Positions 28,116-37,899 of a stretch of DNA of 64,000 nt are shown one piece after another. The stretch comes from an uncultured Solirubrobacterales bacterium (lineage in GTDB: Bacteria > Actinomycetota > Thermoleophilia > Solirubrobacterales > 70-9): assembly GCA_963770155.1 (NCBI GenBank), contig CAVYOE010000001.1:74165-138164 (forward strand). The letters are read 5' to 3'. The notes under the pieces were generated by a model, which saw only the letters and a program-made list of their open reading frames with translations, had not been told where the DNA came from and did no database searches. A program made the position numbers and the translations under genes. The first letter of the stretch is position 1; each line of letters starts with the position of its first letter.

Positions 28116-29873
28116 ATGCACGCACGAACCGTGGGGAACTGCGTTGCGGCCGCGCTCGCGGCCTGTCTGCTCCTGGCCGGAACCCACTCCGCCGTCGCGG
28201 CCCCGGCGCCAGCAGATAAACCCCTGGAAACCGGGCGCTTCCTGGTCACGGTGGAGGCTCCGCGGGTGCCCCTCGGCGAGGGGCGGGCGGCGCGCGCGCT
28301 GCGCCGAGAGCGAGCCGCGACTGCCTCCCGCCTGATCTCGAAGGTGGCGAGCCGTCACCCGTTGCGGCTCGGTCAGCGGATTCCCGCCGGCGCAGTGTTC
28401 GCGGCGGCGCCGAGCCCCGGCGAGAGTCCCGCCGACCTCCGCCGCGAGCTGCTCGCCGATCCGCTCGTCGCCGGGGTCGAGCCCGAGTTCTACCTGCAGC
28501 TCCGCGGCTACGTGCCCAACGATCCCGCCTATCTGAGCAGCGACCCGAATGCCCCCGGCGGCGACCGTCGCCAGTGGAACCTGATCAAGTCCCACTTCGA
28601 GGATGCCTGGACGGTCACTGACGGGAGCCAGTCGACCGTCGCCATCCTCGACACCGGCGTTTCCTCTACCCAGCCCGACCTGACCCAGCTTGCCGGGGAG
28701 GCCGACCACGACGCGACGCCGACCGGCGCCACGAGCGACGAGAACGGCCACGGCACCCACGTCGCCGGGCTTGCCTGCGCGAACTCCGACAACGGCTACG
28801 GGATGGCCTCGGCCGGCTTCGACTGCCGGATCATCGCCGAGAAGCTCGATGTCTCCGGCAACAACCTGACCCTGGGCTCAATCATCGCCGCCGTCTATCA
28901 CGCCGCAAACAACGGGGCGCGCGTGCTCAACATGAGCTTCGGCAGCACCGGCGCAAGCGACTCGCTGCGTCAGGCCATCAACTACGCCTGGGGGCGGGAC
29001 GTGGTCATGGTCTCCTCGGCCAGCAACCAGTCGGTCCCCGACCAGGGGTACCCCGCCAACTACCTGCAGCCGGTAGGCACCGCTTTCAACCCGGCCACCT
29101 GCAACGACGGCGACGCGACTACGGCTGGATGCGCCCGCGGCCTGGTGGTGACCATGGCCAACTACAACAGCGTCAACGGCGGGGCGGGCTACGGCACCGG
29201 GGTCTCGGTCGCCGCCTACGGCGACTCCTACGCACCCCTGAAGGGGATCTTCTCGACCTGGCCCGCGAACAGCACCACCCGCGAGGACGCGCTCTGCCTC
29301 GTGGTCGGTCCGTTCCCCTGCGCGCCGCGGACCGTCTTCGACGGCGACGACCGCTTCGCCTACCTGTTCGGGACCAGCATGGCGGCGCCGCAGGTCTCGG
29401 GCCTGGCCGCGTTGATCCGCTCCCTCTATCCCGATCTGACTGCGGGAGAGGTGGTGCGTGCGATCAAGGCGTCGGCCAGTGGCAAGGGGAAATGGACTTC
29501 CCCGCTGGGCTGGGGAATCATCGACGCGGCGGCGGCCCTGCAGCTGACGGTGATCTCCGAGGACAAGTCAGCTCCGTCGTCCCGGGTGAAAACAAGGCGG
29601 CGCTCCGCGAAGCGGCGCTTCCCGGTCAAGGTGACCAGTGCTGACAGCGATCCGGCCGGTAAGCCTGCCTCGGGCGTGGACAAGGTCGCCATCTACGTGT
29701 CCAAGAACGGGCGCCGCTTCCGCCACCTGCGCACCATCCGCCGGTCCAAGTTCAAGTTCAAGGGAAGCAGCGGCGACAGCTACCGGTTCTACTCGCGCGC
29801 GGTCGACAAGGCCGGCAATCGCGAGAGCGCACCGGACAAACCCGACGCTGCGACCCGGGTCCGCGGCCGCTAG
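28116..29873 (+). CDS. S8 family (subtilisin-like) secreted serine peptidase
   Basis: Catalytic triad contexts ILDTGV, HGTHVAG, GTSMAAPQVSG. Signal peptide from ATG 28116. Confidence 0.9.
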   Translation: MHARTVGNCVAAALAACLLLAGTHSAVAAPAPADKPLETGRFLVTVEAPRVPLGEGRAARALRRERAATASRLISKVASRHPLRLGQRIPAGAVFAAAPSPGESPADLRRELLADPLVAGVEPEFYLQLRGYVPNDPAYLSSDPNAPGGDRRQWNLIKSHFEDAWTVTDGSQSTVAILDTGVSSTQPDLTQLAGEADHDATPTGATSDENGHGTHVAGLACANSDNGYGMASAGFDCRIIAEKLDVSGNNLTLGSIIAAVYHAANNGARVLNMSFGSTGASDSLRQAINYAWGRDVVMVSSASNQSVPDQGYPANYLQPVGTAFNPATCNDGDATTAGCARGLVVTMANYNSVNGGAGYGTGVSVAAYGDSYAPLKGIFSTWPANSTTREDALCLVVGPFPCAPRTVFDGDDRFAYLFGTSMAAPQVSGLAALIRSLYPDLTAGEVVRAIKASASGKGKWTSPLGWGIIDAAAALQLTVISEDKSAPSSRVKTRRRSAKRRFPVKVTSADSDPAGKPASGVDKVAIYVSKNGRRFRHLRTIRRSKFKFKGSSGDSYRFYSRAVDKAGNRESAPDKPDAATRVRGR

Positions 29874-31297
29874 CTGGCGGCAGCGACTTCGGCGCGCGAC
29901 TCGGCTTCTTCGGCGGCACCGACGAGCTCCGCGACCGAGTCCTGGATCCCCTCGGCGATCAGCTCGACGTCCTCCATCGAGTCGTAGTCGGCGATCAGGC
30001 CGAAGTTGACACCGCCGTTGTAGCTCATGATCGCGATCGCGAGCGCGTGGTTCTCGGGAAGGAAGGCGACCGGGAACGTGTCGAGCAGCTCGCGCCCCAG
30101 GACGTAGAGCGGAATCTGTGGGCCAGGGACGTTGGTGACGATCAGGTTGAACAGTCGGGTGGAGAAGTTGATCCGCGAGGCCTGTGCGAGCAGCGTGGGC
30201 GGGGCAAAGTCGTTGAAGCGGGAGATCACCTCGGCGCCCAGCGCCTGTTTCGATTCCTTCAGTCCGTCCATCTCCTTGCGGACGACCGCCAGCCGCTTCA
30301 CCGGGTCATCGATGTAGACCGGCAGCGGACCGCGCATGGCGGCGATGCGGTTGCCGAGGTTGCCGCTCTCGTCCTCGGCTCGGATCGAGACGGGAACCAG
30401 CGCGCGCATCTCGAGCCCTTCGACCCGAAGCCCGCGAGCGCGCAGCCACCGCCGCAGGGCGCCGGCCACGCAGGTGAGGACGACGTCGTTCACCGTGCCG
30501 CCGAACGTGTTCTTGATCTTCTTGAAGTCGTCGAGGCTGCTTCGGACCCAGCAGTAGCGCCGGTGTGAGCCGATGTCGGTATTGAGCGGCACCTCGGGGG
30601 CGCGGTCGACATAGGCCCAGGCGATCTCACCGATGCCCTCGGCCGCCTCGCGCACCTGCTTCAAGGTGCTGCGCGGACGGAGCGCCGCCGAGGTCACCCG
30701 CCTGGTCAGCCGCAGCGGCGTCCGGGCTACGTCCTCGGCGCCCTTGGCCGCCAGGGTCGCTTGCGAGGGAGTCGGACTCGCGACCCATTCGTGGTCGGGC
30801 TCGACGTTCTCGGGGATCGGCTTCACGTCGAAGAGGACGGTTGCAATGTCGATGCCGGCAACGCCGTCGATGACGCTGTGGTGAGTCTTGATGATCAGCG
30901 CGAACCGGTTCTCCTCCAGGCCCTGAACCAGCCAGATCTCCCACAGGGGCTTCGAGCGGTCGAGCTGTTGCGAGAAGAGACGCCCAGCGATGTTCTCGAG
31001 CTGTTCCTCCGATCCCGGAGCAGGCAGCGCCGAATGCCGGATGTGGTACTCGAGGTTGAAGTTGGGGTCGTCGACCCAGAAGGGCCGCCCGGTCTCGAGC
31101 GGGGGGAACGCCAGCTTCTGGCGGTAACGCGGAACCAGGTGCAGGCGGCTGCGTACGTGCCCGACGAAATCGTTGTAGCCCGGCGCCGGGCCCTCGAAGA
31201 TCATCACGCCGCCGATGTGCATGTGGCTGTTGTCACCTTCGTTCGTGAGGAACGAGGCGTCGACGGCGGTCAGCCGATCCATGTGCTTTGGAGGCAT
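29870..31297 (-). CDS. wax ester synthase / diacylglycerol acyltransferase (WS/DGAT)
   Basis: Active-site [10 protein letters not shown] (HHxxxDG). N-terminal LTAVDASFL. 475 aa. Confidence 0.85.
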   Translation of the reverse strand: MPPKHMDRLTAVDASFLTNEGDNSHMHIGGVMIFEGPAPGYNDFVGHVRSRLHLVPRYRQKLAFPPLETGRPFWVDDPNFNLEYHIRHSALPAPGSEEQLENIAGRLFSQQLDRSKPLWEIWLVQGLEENRFALIIKTHHSVIDGVAGIDIATVLFDVKPIPENVEPDHEWVASPTPSQATLAAKGAEDVARTPLRLTRRVTSAALRPRSTLKQVREAAEGIGEIAWAYVDRAPEVPLNTDIGSHRRYCWVRSSLDDFKKIKNTFGGTVNDVVLTCVAGALRRWLRARGLRVEGLEMRALVPVSIRAEDESGNLGNRIAAMRGPLPVYIDDPVKRLAVVRKEMDGLKESKQALGAEVISRFNDFAPPTLLAQASRINFSTRLFNLIVTNVPGPQIPLYVLGRELLDTFPVAFLPENHALAIAIMSYNGGVNFGLIADYDSMEDVELIAEGIQDSVAELVGAAEEAESRAEVAAAS

Positions 31298-31348
31298 TTC
31301 CTTCCTTCTCTCCTCGGTGAGGGACCCTTAACCCTATCCTGTGCGGTC

Positions 31349-32329
31349 GTGCCGACGGCAACAGAGAACCCGCGAAAGACGGGCCCCAGCAAGGTCCTGC
31401 TCGCCGCCCCGCGCGGCTATTGCGCCGGCGTCGATCGCGCCGTGCAGACGGTCGAGCACGCCCTCGACCTGCATGGGGCGCCGATCTACGTTCGCAAGGA
31501 GATCGTCCACAACAAGCACGTGGTGCAGCAGCTCGAGAAGCGGGGAGCGATCTTCGTCGACCAGGAGACCGAGGTCCCGGAGGGCGAGATGGTCGTCTTC
31601 TCGGCGCACGGGGTCGCTCCGAGCGTCCACGAGAACGCCGCCGAGCGCGGCCTGCGCACGATCGACGCGACCTGTCCGCTCGTGACCAAGGTCCACGTCG
31701 AGGCGCGCAAGTTCGCGGAGCAGGGCTACACGATCGTCCTGATCGGCCACGAAGGCCACGAGGAGGTGGAGGGGACCACGGGCGAGGCGCCGGAGAACAT
31801 CGTCCTGGTCCAGACCGCTGACGATGTCGACACGCTCGAGGTCGACGACCCGAGCAAGGTCGCCTACATCACCCAGACAACCCTGTCGGTCGATGAGACC
31901 ACCGCGATCATTGAGCGGTTGAAGCAGAAGTTTCCGGAGATCATGGGCCCGCGGACCGACGACATTTGTTACGCGACCACCAATCGCCAGATGGCCGTGA
32001 AGGAGCTCGCCCGGCACTGCGACCTGGTCCTCGTCATCGGTTCGACCAACTCATCCAATTCGAACCGGCTGGTCGAGGTCGCGCGCGAGCACGGTTGCGC
32101 CTCCCACTTGATCGACAATCACATGCACGTAGAGGAGGAATGGCTCGACGGGGTGAAGACCGTCGGGATCACCTCCGGGGCGAGTGCGCCCGAGGAGCTG
32201 GTCGAGCGGCTTGTCTCCTATTTCCGCGACCGCGGGGCCGACGACGTCTCCGAGCTGACCACGGTGGAGGAAGACGTCCGCTTCATGCTGCCGAAGAAGA
32301 TCCGGACCGAGCTTTCCGCCGGCGCCTAG
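31349..32329 (+). CDS. ispH: 4-hydroxy-3-methylbut-2-enyl diphosphate reductase
   Basis: [58 protein letters not shown]. In-frame GTG 31349 within ORF 30761..32329. Confidence 0.92.
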   Translation: MPTATENPRKTGPSKVLLAAPRGYCAGVDRAVQTVEHALDLHGAPIYVRKEIVHNKHVVQQLEKRGAIFVDQETEVPEGEMVVFSAHGVAPSVHENAAERGLRTIDATCPLVTKVHVEARKFAEQGYTIVLIGHEGHEEVEGTTGEAPENIVLVQTADDVDTLEVDDPSKVAYITQTTLSVDETTAIIERLKQKFPEIMGPRTDDICYATTNRQMAVKELARHCDLVLVIGSTNSSNSNRLVEVAREHGCASHLIDNHMHVEEEWLDGVKTVGITSGASAPEELVERLVSYFRDRGADDVSELTTVEEDVRFMLPKKIRTELSAGA

Positions 32330-33159
32330 GTCGCCGGCTCGCCGGCGATCCCGGCCGCGAAGCTGACCGAGTAGACGAGGATCCCGGGATCGGGGCGCAG
32401 GCGAAGTTCTCCCCTGCGGTGCGGTCCCTCGGCCATCAGCTCGTAAAGCCCCGCGTGGTCGACGGTGATCGGCTCGGTGGCCGCGCCGTCGAGCTCGACC
32501 TCGAGCGTCCCGCTGCCGTCGAGAGTGGCGTATGCGCCCCCGGCCTCGAACGGGATCTCCAGCTGCGGCTCGGCCTCGGTCGATCGCCAGGGCTCCCGCT
32601 CCGATCCTCCCGGCAGGAGCTCGTCGCTCGGGGCAATCACCCGGGCGCCGGGTGCATCGGTTGGGCGAAGCGGCTCTGTCTCTCCGTTGACCGCCTCGCC
32701 GCCGAGCTCCCCCCGAATTGCTGTCTCGGTCGCCGCGAACTCGCCTTCACCGAAGTGAAACCAGCGCAGGGCGCCTCCCTTCGACCAGAGGAAGAGCGAC
32801 GGCCATCCGCGACAGCCGTAGTCAGCCCACAGAGCACGCCGCTCGTCGCTGAGGACCGGATAGGGGATCCGCAGCCGCTCGACGGCTAGGGCGACGGACG
32901 CCGGGTCCTCGCTGAACGGATAGCGGGGCGTATGGACTCCGACCGTGTTCAGTCCCTGCTCGGTGTAGCTCTGGTGCCAGGCGGACAGGTAGGCAAGGGT
33001 CCGAACCGAATTCAGCTGGGCAAAGTCGAAGAAGTGGACGAGGACCGGGCCGGCCGCGGTCAGCCGTTCCATCACCGGCTCCGCGCCGTCGGCGCCGATC
33101 CAGGTGGCGCCGGGAGGGAACGGCGGCGCCGCGATGTCCTCCCGGGGCGGGCGGGGCAT
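32326..33159 (-). CDS. DipZ-C-terminal-like thioredoxin-fold protein lacking the CxxC motif
   Basis: [13 protein letters not shown]...[26 protein letters not shown]...[13 protein letters not shown] resembles the DipZ C-domain. The position of the usual SCINC reads FAQLNS. ATG 33159. Confidence 0.65.
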   Translation of the reverse strand: MPRPPREDIAAPPFPPGATWIGADGAEPVMERLTAAGPVLVHFFDFAQLNSVRTLAYLSAWHQSYTEQGLNTVGVHTPRYPFSEDPASVALAVERLRIPYPVLSDERRALWADYGCRGWPSLFLWSKGGALRWFHFGEGEFAATETAIRGELGGEAVNGETEPLRPTDAPGARVIAPSDELLPGGSEREPWRSTEAEPQLEIPFEAGGAYATLDGSGTLEVELDGAATEPITVDHAGLYELMAEGPHRRGELRLRPDPGILVYSVSFAAGIAGEPAT

Positions 33160-33211
33160 GCCGGTATTCTCTTGCACCTCGCCACATTGCACTTCGACGA
33201 AGGAGAGAGCC

Positions 33212-33829
33212 TTGAGCAAGTCCGTCTGGGACAGGATCGAAGAGAGTCGCGCCCGTCATAACGTCCTCGAGCACCCCTTTTACGTGCGCTGGTCCGCCGG
33301 CGAGCTGAGTTCCGATGAGCTCGCCCGCTACTCGGGCCAGTATCGACACGCGACCGAGGCGATCGCGCGAATCTGCGCCGATGCCGCCGAGACCGGCCCG
33401 GCCGAGGCCCGGGCAGAGCTCTCGCGCCACGCGGATGAGGAGCAGGCTCACGTCGGGCTCTGGGACGACTTCGTCGAGGCCACCGGCGGCGAGATCGGCG
33501 CCGAGCCCACACCGGAGACCGCCGACTGCATCTCGTCGTGGACCGGACCCGATGGCTATCTCGAGGCGCTCGCACGGCTGTACGCGATCGAGAGCGGCCA
33601 GCCTGAGATCTCTCGCGTCAAGCGCGAGGGCCTGGCCCGGTTCTACGGCATCAACGAGGGACCGGCAACGGAGTATTTCCGGGTCCACGAGCACGACGAC
33701 GTCGAGCACGCCCGGCAGTCCCGCGAGCTGATCAGCTCGGCGATCGGCTCCAAGGACGACGAGGACCGGGTCGTCGCCGCGGCGACCGACGCCTTCAAGG
33801 CGAACTGGCGCCTGCTCGACGGGGTCTGA
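33212..33829 (+). CDS. haem-oxygenase-like di-iron protein (CADD / TenA-PqqC-like family)
   Basis: HPFYVRWSAGELSSDELARYSGQY...HADEEQAHVGLWDDF...YAIESGQPEIS. TTG 33212 six nt after GGAG. Confidence 0.55.
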   Translation: MSKSVWDRIEESRARHNVLEHPFYVRWSAGELSSDELARYSGQYRHATEAIARICADAAETGPAEARAELSRHADEEQAHVGLWDDFVEATGGEIGAEPTPETADCISSWTGPDGYLEALARLYAIESGQPEISRVKREGLARFYGINEGPATEYFRVHEHDDVEHARQSRELISSAIGSKDDEDRVVAAATDAFKANWRLLDGV

Positions 33830-33841
33830 GCCGCGGGCGTG

Positions 33842-33997
33842 ATGTCCGGGCGTGACCGCGCGATCGGGATCCTGATCGGCTTGGCCGTCGGGATCGCGGT
33901 CGTGGCCCTGTTCGTGTTCGTGTTCAGCGAAGACACGGTCGATGCACCCTCGATCGACGAGCGGACCCCTCCGACGACTACGGTGCCCGACCGATGA
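33842..33997 (+). CDS. small single-TM protein (51 aa, below the ORF-track cutoff)
   Basis: My own translation: MSGRDRAIGILIGLAVGIAVVALFVFVFSEDTVDAPSIDERTPPTTTVPDR. The stop overlaps the next start (ATGA at 33994). Confidence 0.35.
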   Translation: MSGRDRAIGILIGLAVGIAVVALFVFVFSEDTVDAPSIDERTPPTTTVPDR

Positions 33998-34398
33998 GAT
34001 TCCCGGTGACGATCCTTCTGGTCGTGCTGGCGGCCGTGCTCTTCTTCGTACTCCGCGATGACGATGAGGAATCCGGTGGCAACGGCGAGCTGACCACTCA
34101 GACCGGCACCGCCACCACCGCGATCACCAACGGCGGCGGAACTCAGGTGATCCAGGTCAAGGGCGGAGAGGCCGTTGGCGGTCTGCGCGAGCTGACCACG
34201 ACCCAAGGTAACCCGGTCAGCTTCGAGATCCGCTCAGACGAGAAGACCGAGGTCCACCTGCACGGCTACGACATCACCAAGAACATTCCGGCCGGCGGCA
34301 GCGCCAGCTTCGACTTCATCGCCGACCTCGACGGAATCTACGAAGTCGAGCTTCACCCGCAGCACACGACGATCGCGGAGCTGACGGTCCAGCCCTAG
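33994..34398 (+). CDS. membrane-anchored cupredoxin-like protein (tentative)
   Basis: N-terminal TM helix, then FEIRSDEKTEVHLHGYDI...FDFIADLDGIYEVELH, a cupredoxin/EfeO-N-like pattern. Confidence 0.45.
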   Translation: MRFPVTILLVVLAAVLFFVLRDDDEESGGNGELTTQTGTATTAITNGGGTQVIQVKGGEAVGGLRELTTTQGNPVSFEIRSDEKTEVHLHGYDITKNIPAGGSASFDFIADLDGIYEVELHPQHTTIAELTVQP

Positions 34399-35787
34399 AT
34401 GTTTTTGCTCGGCCACGCACTCGTGGCGAGGGAGGACCTGCCGATTCCCGATTGGCTCTTTGCCTGGGGAGCGTCCGTGGTCCTGATCGTCTCGTTCGTG
34501 GCGCTCTCTTTTGCGTGGAGAGAGCCGCGGCTCGAGCGCGACAGCTGGCGGCCCGCTTCTGGCCGGCTCTCGGGCCTTCTCGTCAACCGCGGCACCGAGA
34601 TCCTCGCCGGCGCGATCGGGGTGTTTCTGTTCGGGCTGGTGATCTGGGCGGGGCTGCGCGGCACCGAGGCGCCCGACCGCAACTTCGCGGTGACCTTCGT
34701 CTTCGTCACTTTCTGGCTGGGAATGGTGATCGCGAGCGTCATCTTCGGGGACGTCTTCCGCGCCTTCAATCCCTGGCGCGCGGTCGCGCGGGCCTTCTCC
34801 GCAGGCTTCACCGCGGTCGCGGGCCAGTCTGCGCCGGCCCCGTATCGCTATCCCGAGCGGCTCGGCCGGTGGCCCGCCGTGATCGGTTTGCTCGCCTTTG
34901 TCTGGTTCGAGCTGATCTACGGCAAGACGCTGTTGGTGATCGGGCTCAACCCGCACAACCTCGGGGTGGCGGTGCTCGCCTACTCGGCCTTCACCTTCGG
35001 CGGGATGGCTCTGTTCGGGATCGAGCGCTGGGTCGACCGCGCCGAGGTCTTCTCCGTCTACATGAGGATGTTCTCCCTGCTCTCTCCGCTGGAGGTGAGG
35101 GAGGGGAGGCTCGGCCTGCGCCGGCCGTTTTCGGCGGCTGGCCGCGCCTGGGCCCAGGTCCCGGGCTCGGTCGCCCTGGTGATCGCGAGCATCGGCGCCA
35201 CCAGTTTCGACGGAGGCAGCGAAGGGGCGTTCGAATCGCCGATCTCATCGCTGACCGACTTCGTCCGCGACCTCGGGCTCGGACTCGTCAACGCACTCCG
35301 GATCAGCGACACGATCTTCCTGGTCCTGGTCGTCCTGCTGGTCGGAGCGGTCTACGCGCTCGGAATCCAGGGGATGAGGACGGTCGCCCCCGAGCGCTCG
35401 ACGGGAGAATTGCGCCGCGCCTTCGCCCACAGCCTGATCCCGATCGCGCTCGCCTACCTGATCGCCCACTACTTCAGCCTGATCGTCTTCCAGGAGCAGG
35501 CGCAATTCACCTATCTGCTCTCGGATCCGCTCGGAACCGGCAAGGACTACTTCGGCACCGCGTCGGGGGGCATCGACTACGCGCTCATCGGCGCCGAGGC
35601 GATCTGGTATGTGCAGGTTGCTGCGCTCGTGATCGGACACGTGATCGGGCTGGTCCTCGCGCACGACCGGGCGATCGCCATGTTCGGCGACCCCCGCCAG
35701 GCGACCCGCTCCCAGTACTGGATGCTGTCGGTGATGGTTGCCTTCACCTGCTTCGGGCTCTACCTGCTCTCGCAGGCGAACGCGTAG
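34399..35787 (+). CDS. polytopic (about 10-12 TM) membrane protein of unknown function
   Basis: 462 aa and strongly hydrophobic. The ATG immediately follows the upstream stop. Confidence 0.6.
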   Translation: MFLLGHALVAREDLPIPDWLFAWGASVVLIVSFVALSFAWREPRLERDSWRPASGRLSGLLVNRGTEILAGAIGVFLFGLVIWAGLRGTEAPDRNFAVTFVFVTFWLGMVIASVIFGDVFRAFNPWRAVARAFSAGFTAVAGQSAPAPYRYPERLGRWPAVIGLLAFVWFELIYGKTLLVIGLNPHNLGVAVLAYSAFTFGGMALFGIERWVDRAEVFSVYMRMFSLLSPLEVREGRLGLRRPFSAAGRAWAQVPGSVALVIASIGATSFDGGSEGAFESPISSLTDFVRDLGLGLVNALRISDTIFLVLVVLLVGAVYALGIQGMRTVAPERSTGELRRAFAHSLIPIALAYLIAHYFSLIVFQEQAQFTYLLSDPLGTGKDYFGTASGGIDYALIGAEAIWYVQVAALVIGHVIGLVLAHDRAIAMFGDPRQATRSQYWMLSVMVAFTCFGLYLLSQANA

Positions 35788-36216
35788 CTACTCCGCCATC
35801 TCTTTCAGTGCAGCGGCAAGCGCCACCTGCTCGGCTGAGACCGCCGAGCCCTCGAGCACGATGACCACGTTCCCCGCGCGGTAGCAGAGGAGGTCGGCAG
35901 CGGCCTCGCACTCCTGGACCCCACGCTCGGCGTCGTCCCCGTCGTCGTAGACGGCGAGTGAGCCGGCGTCTGGTTCCTGCCCTTCGGCCCCGGCCTCGGC
36001 TTCCGCGGCAGAAACCGGGCCCAGGGTCACCCCGAACAGCTCCTTGCTCTCATCGTCCGTGACGAGCGGCCGCCCCAGCTCGAGCGTGGCGCCGTTGGAG
36101 TTGGCCTCCTCTACGAACTCGTCGGCATCGAACTCCTTCTCGCCGCAGCCCGATGCGGCCACCGCCAGTCCGGCAGCTGTTAGCGCCACCAGCGAGGCGA
36201 GCCGTCTCACGCCCAT
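35788..36216 (-). CDS. hypothetical lipoprotein
   Basis: Lipobox LAVAASGCGE. Only the last 142 codons of ORF 35788..36732 look coding. Confidence 0.5.
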   Translation of the reverse strand: MGVRRLASLVALTAAGLAVAASGCGEKEFDADEFVEEANSNGATLELGRPLVTDDESKELFGVTLGPVSAAEAEAGAEGQEPDAGSLAVYDDGDDAERGVQECEAAADLLCYRAGNVVIVLEGSAVSAEQVALAAALKEMAE

Positions 36217-36227
36217 TGCGCCGGAGG

Positions 36228-37115
36228 CTATTCGGTGAGCCCGTCGCGGATAGCCCCGGCGTCGCGGCGCAGCATCTCCGTGTAGCTGCCGGCTTCGCCG
36301 GGCGACTCGATCAGGAGCCCGGAGAAAATCGCGACGCCGGTCTCCTCGGCGATCTGTTGCAGCACTTCCGGTTCGTCTTCCTCCTGGGCGAAGACGGTGG
36401 GCACGTCGGCGGCCCGGATCGCCTCCTCGACCTCGGCGATCGTCGCGGCGCTCGGCTCCGCTTCCGCACCGCTCGACGGAAACGGCGTCGCGACCACCTC
36501 GAAGCCGTAGCGGTCGGCGAAATAGCCGAGCGAGTCGTGGGAGGTGACCAGCTCGCGGCTCTGCTTCGGTATTTGCGCGAGCGCCTCGGCGAGCTCGCGG
36601 TCGAGCGCGGCCAGCTGCTTGGCGAAGGTCCGCGCCCGTGCGCGGTAGCCGCCGGCGTGTTCCGGGTCGGCGGCGGCGAACGCTTCGCCCAGCGCCGGCA
36701 ACGCGGCGGCGACCCGGGCCGGATCCATCCACACGTGCGGGTCATCGCCGAGCAGGCGCCCGGAGTGGTCTGCGAGCGTGAACCTGCTGACGTCGGTCTC
36801 GTCGAGCGGGAGCCCCGCCTCGAGGCCGGCACCGTTCTCGACGATCAGATCGGCGCCGTCGAGCTCCTGCCTGTCCCTGGCGCTGAGCTGAAAGTCGTGC
36901 GGGCTCGAGCCGTCCGGGACGATCTGCTCGACGGTCGCGTCCTCACCGGCTACCCGCTCGCTGATTGCGCGCATGACGCCGGTTGTCGCGGCGACGGTGG
37001 GCCCCCCGGCCGGGTCCTCGGAGTCGTCGTCGCTGCCACATCCGGCGCCGAGGAGGCAGCCGGCCAGCAAGAGGAGGGAAAGGAAGGGCCTGGGTGTGGG
37101 GCTTGCGAACGCCAT
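36228..37115 (-). CDS. metal ABC transporter substrate-binding lipoprotein (TroA/ZnuA cluster-9 family)
   Basis: Lipobox LLAGCLLGAGCG. SPHDFQLS, DPHVWMDP, SHDSLGYFADRYGF. Confidence 0.85.
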   Translation of the reverse strand: MAFASPTPRPFLSLLLLAGCLLGAGCGSDDDSEDPAGGPTVAATTGVMRAISERVAGEDATVEQIVPDGSSPHDFQLSARDRQELDGADLIVENGAGLEAGLPLDETDVSRFTLADHSGRLLGDDPHVWMDPARVAAALPALGEAFAAADPEHAGGYRARARTFAKQLAALDRELAEALAQIPKQSRELVTSHDSLGYFADRYGFEVVATPFPSSGAEAEPSAATIAEVEEAIRAADVPTVFAQEEDEPEVLQQIAEETGVAIFSGLLIESPGEAGSYTEMLRRDAGAIRDGLTE

Positions 37116-37123
37116 TTGCTAGT

Positions 37124-37138
37124 TGAGAATCATTATCA
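37124..37138. promoter_or_regulatory. Zur/Fur-family box (7-1-7 palindrome TGAGAAT-C-ATTATCA)
   Basis: One mismatch from perfect dyad symmetry. About 12 of 15 positions match the actinobacterial Zur consensus TGAAAATGATTTTCA as I recall it. It fills the 30-nt divergent gap between the SBP and ATPase genes. Confidence 0.55.
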
Positions 37139-37145
37139 TAAAGCG

Positions 37146-37883
37146 GTGATCAGGCTTTCAGAGGTCTCGGTGCGCTTCGGCGAGTTCGTGGCTCTCACCG
37201 GGATCGACATGGTGATTCCGAAGGCGGCCCGAGTAGCTGTCCTCGGCCCGAACGGCGCCGGCAAGAGCACCCTGCTCGAGGTGGTGGCCGGGACGCTGCC
37301 GCCGAGCGATGGATCCATCGAGCGCGGCAGTGACCGGATGGCCCTCGTTCCGCAGGGCCTCGAGGTAGAGCCGGTCTTCCCGGCGACGGTCACTGATGTG
37401 GTGCGGATGGGCCGCTACGGCGACCTCGGCCTCTTCGGGCGGTTCGGCCCGCGCGATCGCGAGCTCGTTGCGAAGTCGATCGAGGAGCTCGGAATCGCCG
37501 AGATCGCGGAGCGCCGCTTCTCCCGCCTCTCAGGGGGCCAGCGGCAGCGGGCCCTCCTTGCGCAGGCCGCCGCCCAGGAGGCCGACATCCTGCTGCTCGA
37601 CGAGCCGTTCACCGGCGTCGATGCCCCGACCCGTGCGGCGCTCCGAGGGACCCTCGACCGCTGGAGCCAGGAGGGGCGGACCGTGCTCGTCGCCACCCAC
37701 GACCTGGAGAGCGCCGCCCGCGACTACGACCTCGTCCTCTGCGTCAACCGCAGGCTGATCGCCTTCGGTCCCGCCGCCCAGACCTGCACCACCGAGGTGC
37801 TGGAGGAGACCTTCGCCGGTGGCGTGATCAAGGTGGGCGAGCTCCTGATCGACGCAACCCATCATCACCACGGAGCGGCCTGA
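37146..37883 (+). CDS. metal ABC transporter ATP-binding protein (ZnuC/MntB-like)
   Basis: Walker A GPNGAGKST, signature LSGGQRQR, Walker B ILLLDEP. GTG 37146 within ORF 36153..37883, whose upstream part is antisense to the SBP gene. Confidence 0.85.
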   Translation: MIRLSEVSVRFGEFVALTGIDMVIPKAARVAVLGPNGAGKSTLLEVVAGTLPPSDGSIERGSDRMALVPQGLEVEPVFPATVTDVVRMGRYGDLGLFGRFGPRDRELVAKSIEELGIAEIAERRFSRLSGGQRQRALLAQAAAQEADILLLDEPFTGVDAPTRAALRGTLDRWSQEGRTVLVATHDLESAARDYDLVLCVNRRLIAFGPAAQTCTTEVLEETFAGGVIKVGELLIDATHHHHGAA

Positions 37884-37899
37884 GCGGGCCGGATAGCTC

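Noticed and set aside
36153-37145. N-terminal 331 codons of the 576-aa ORF 36153..37883
   Set aside because: This part is antisense to the ZnuA-like gene and is compositionally nonsense. Only the last 245 codons, from GTG 37146, form the ABC ATPase.
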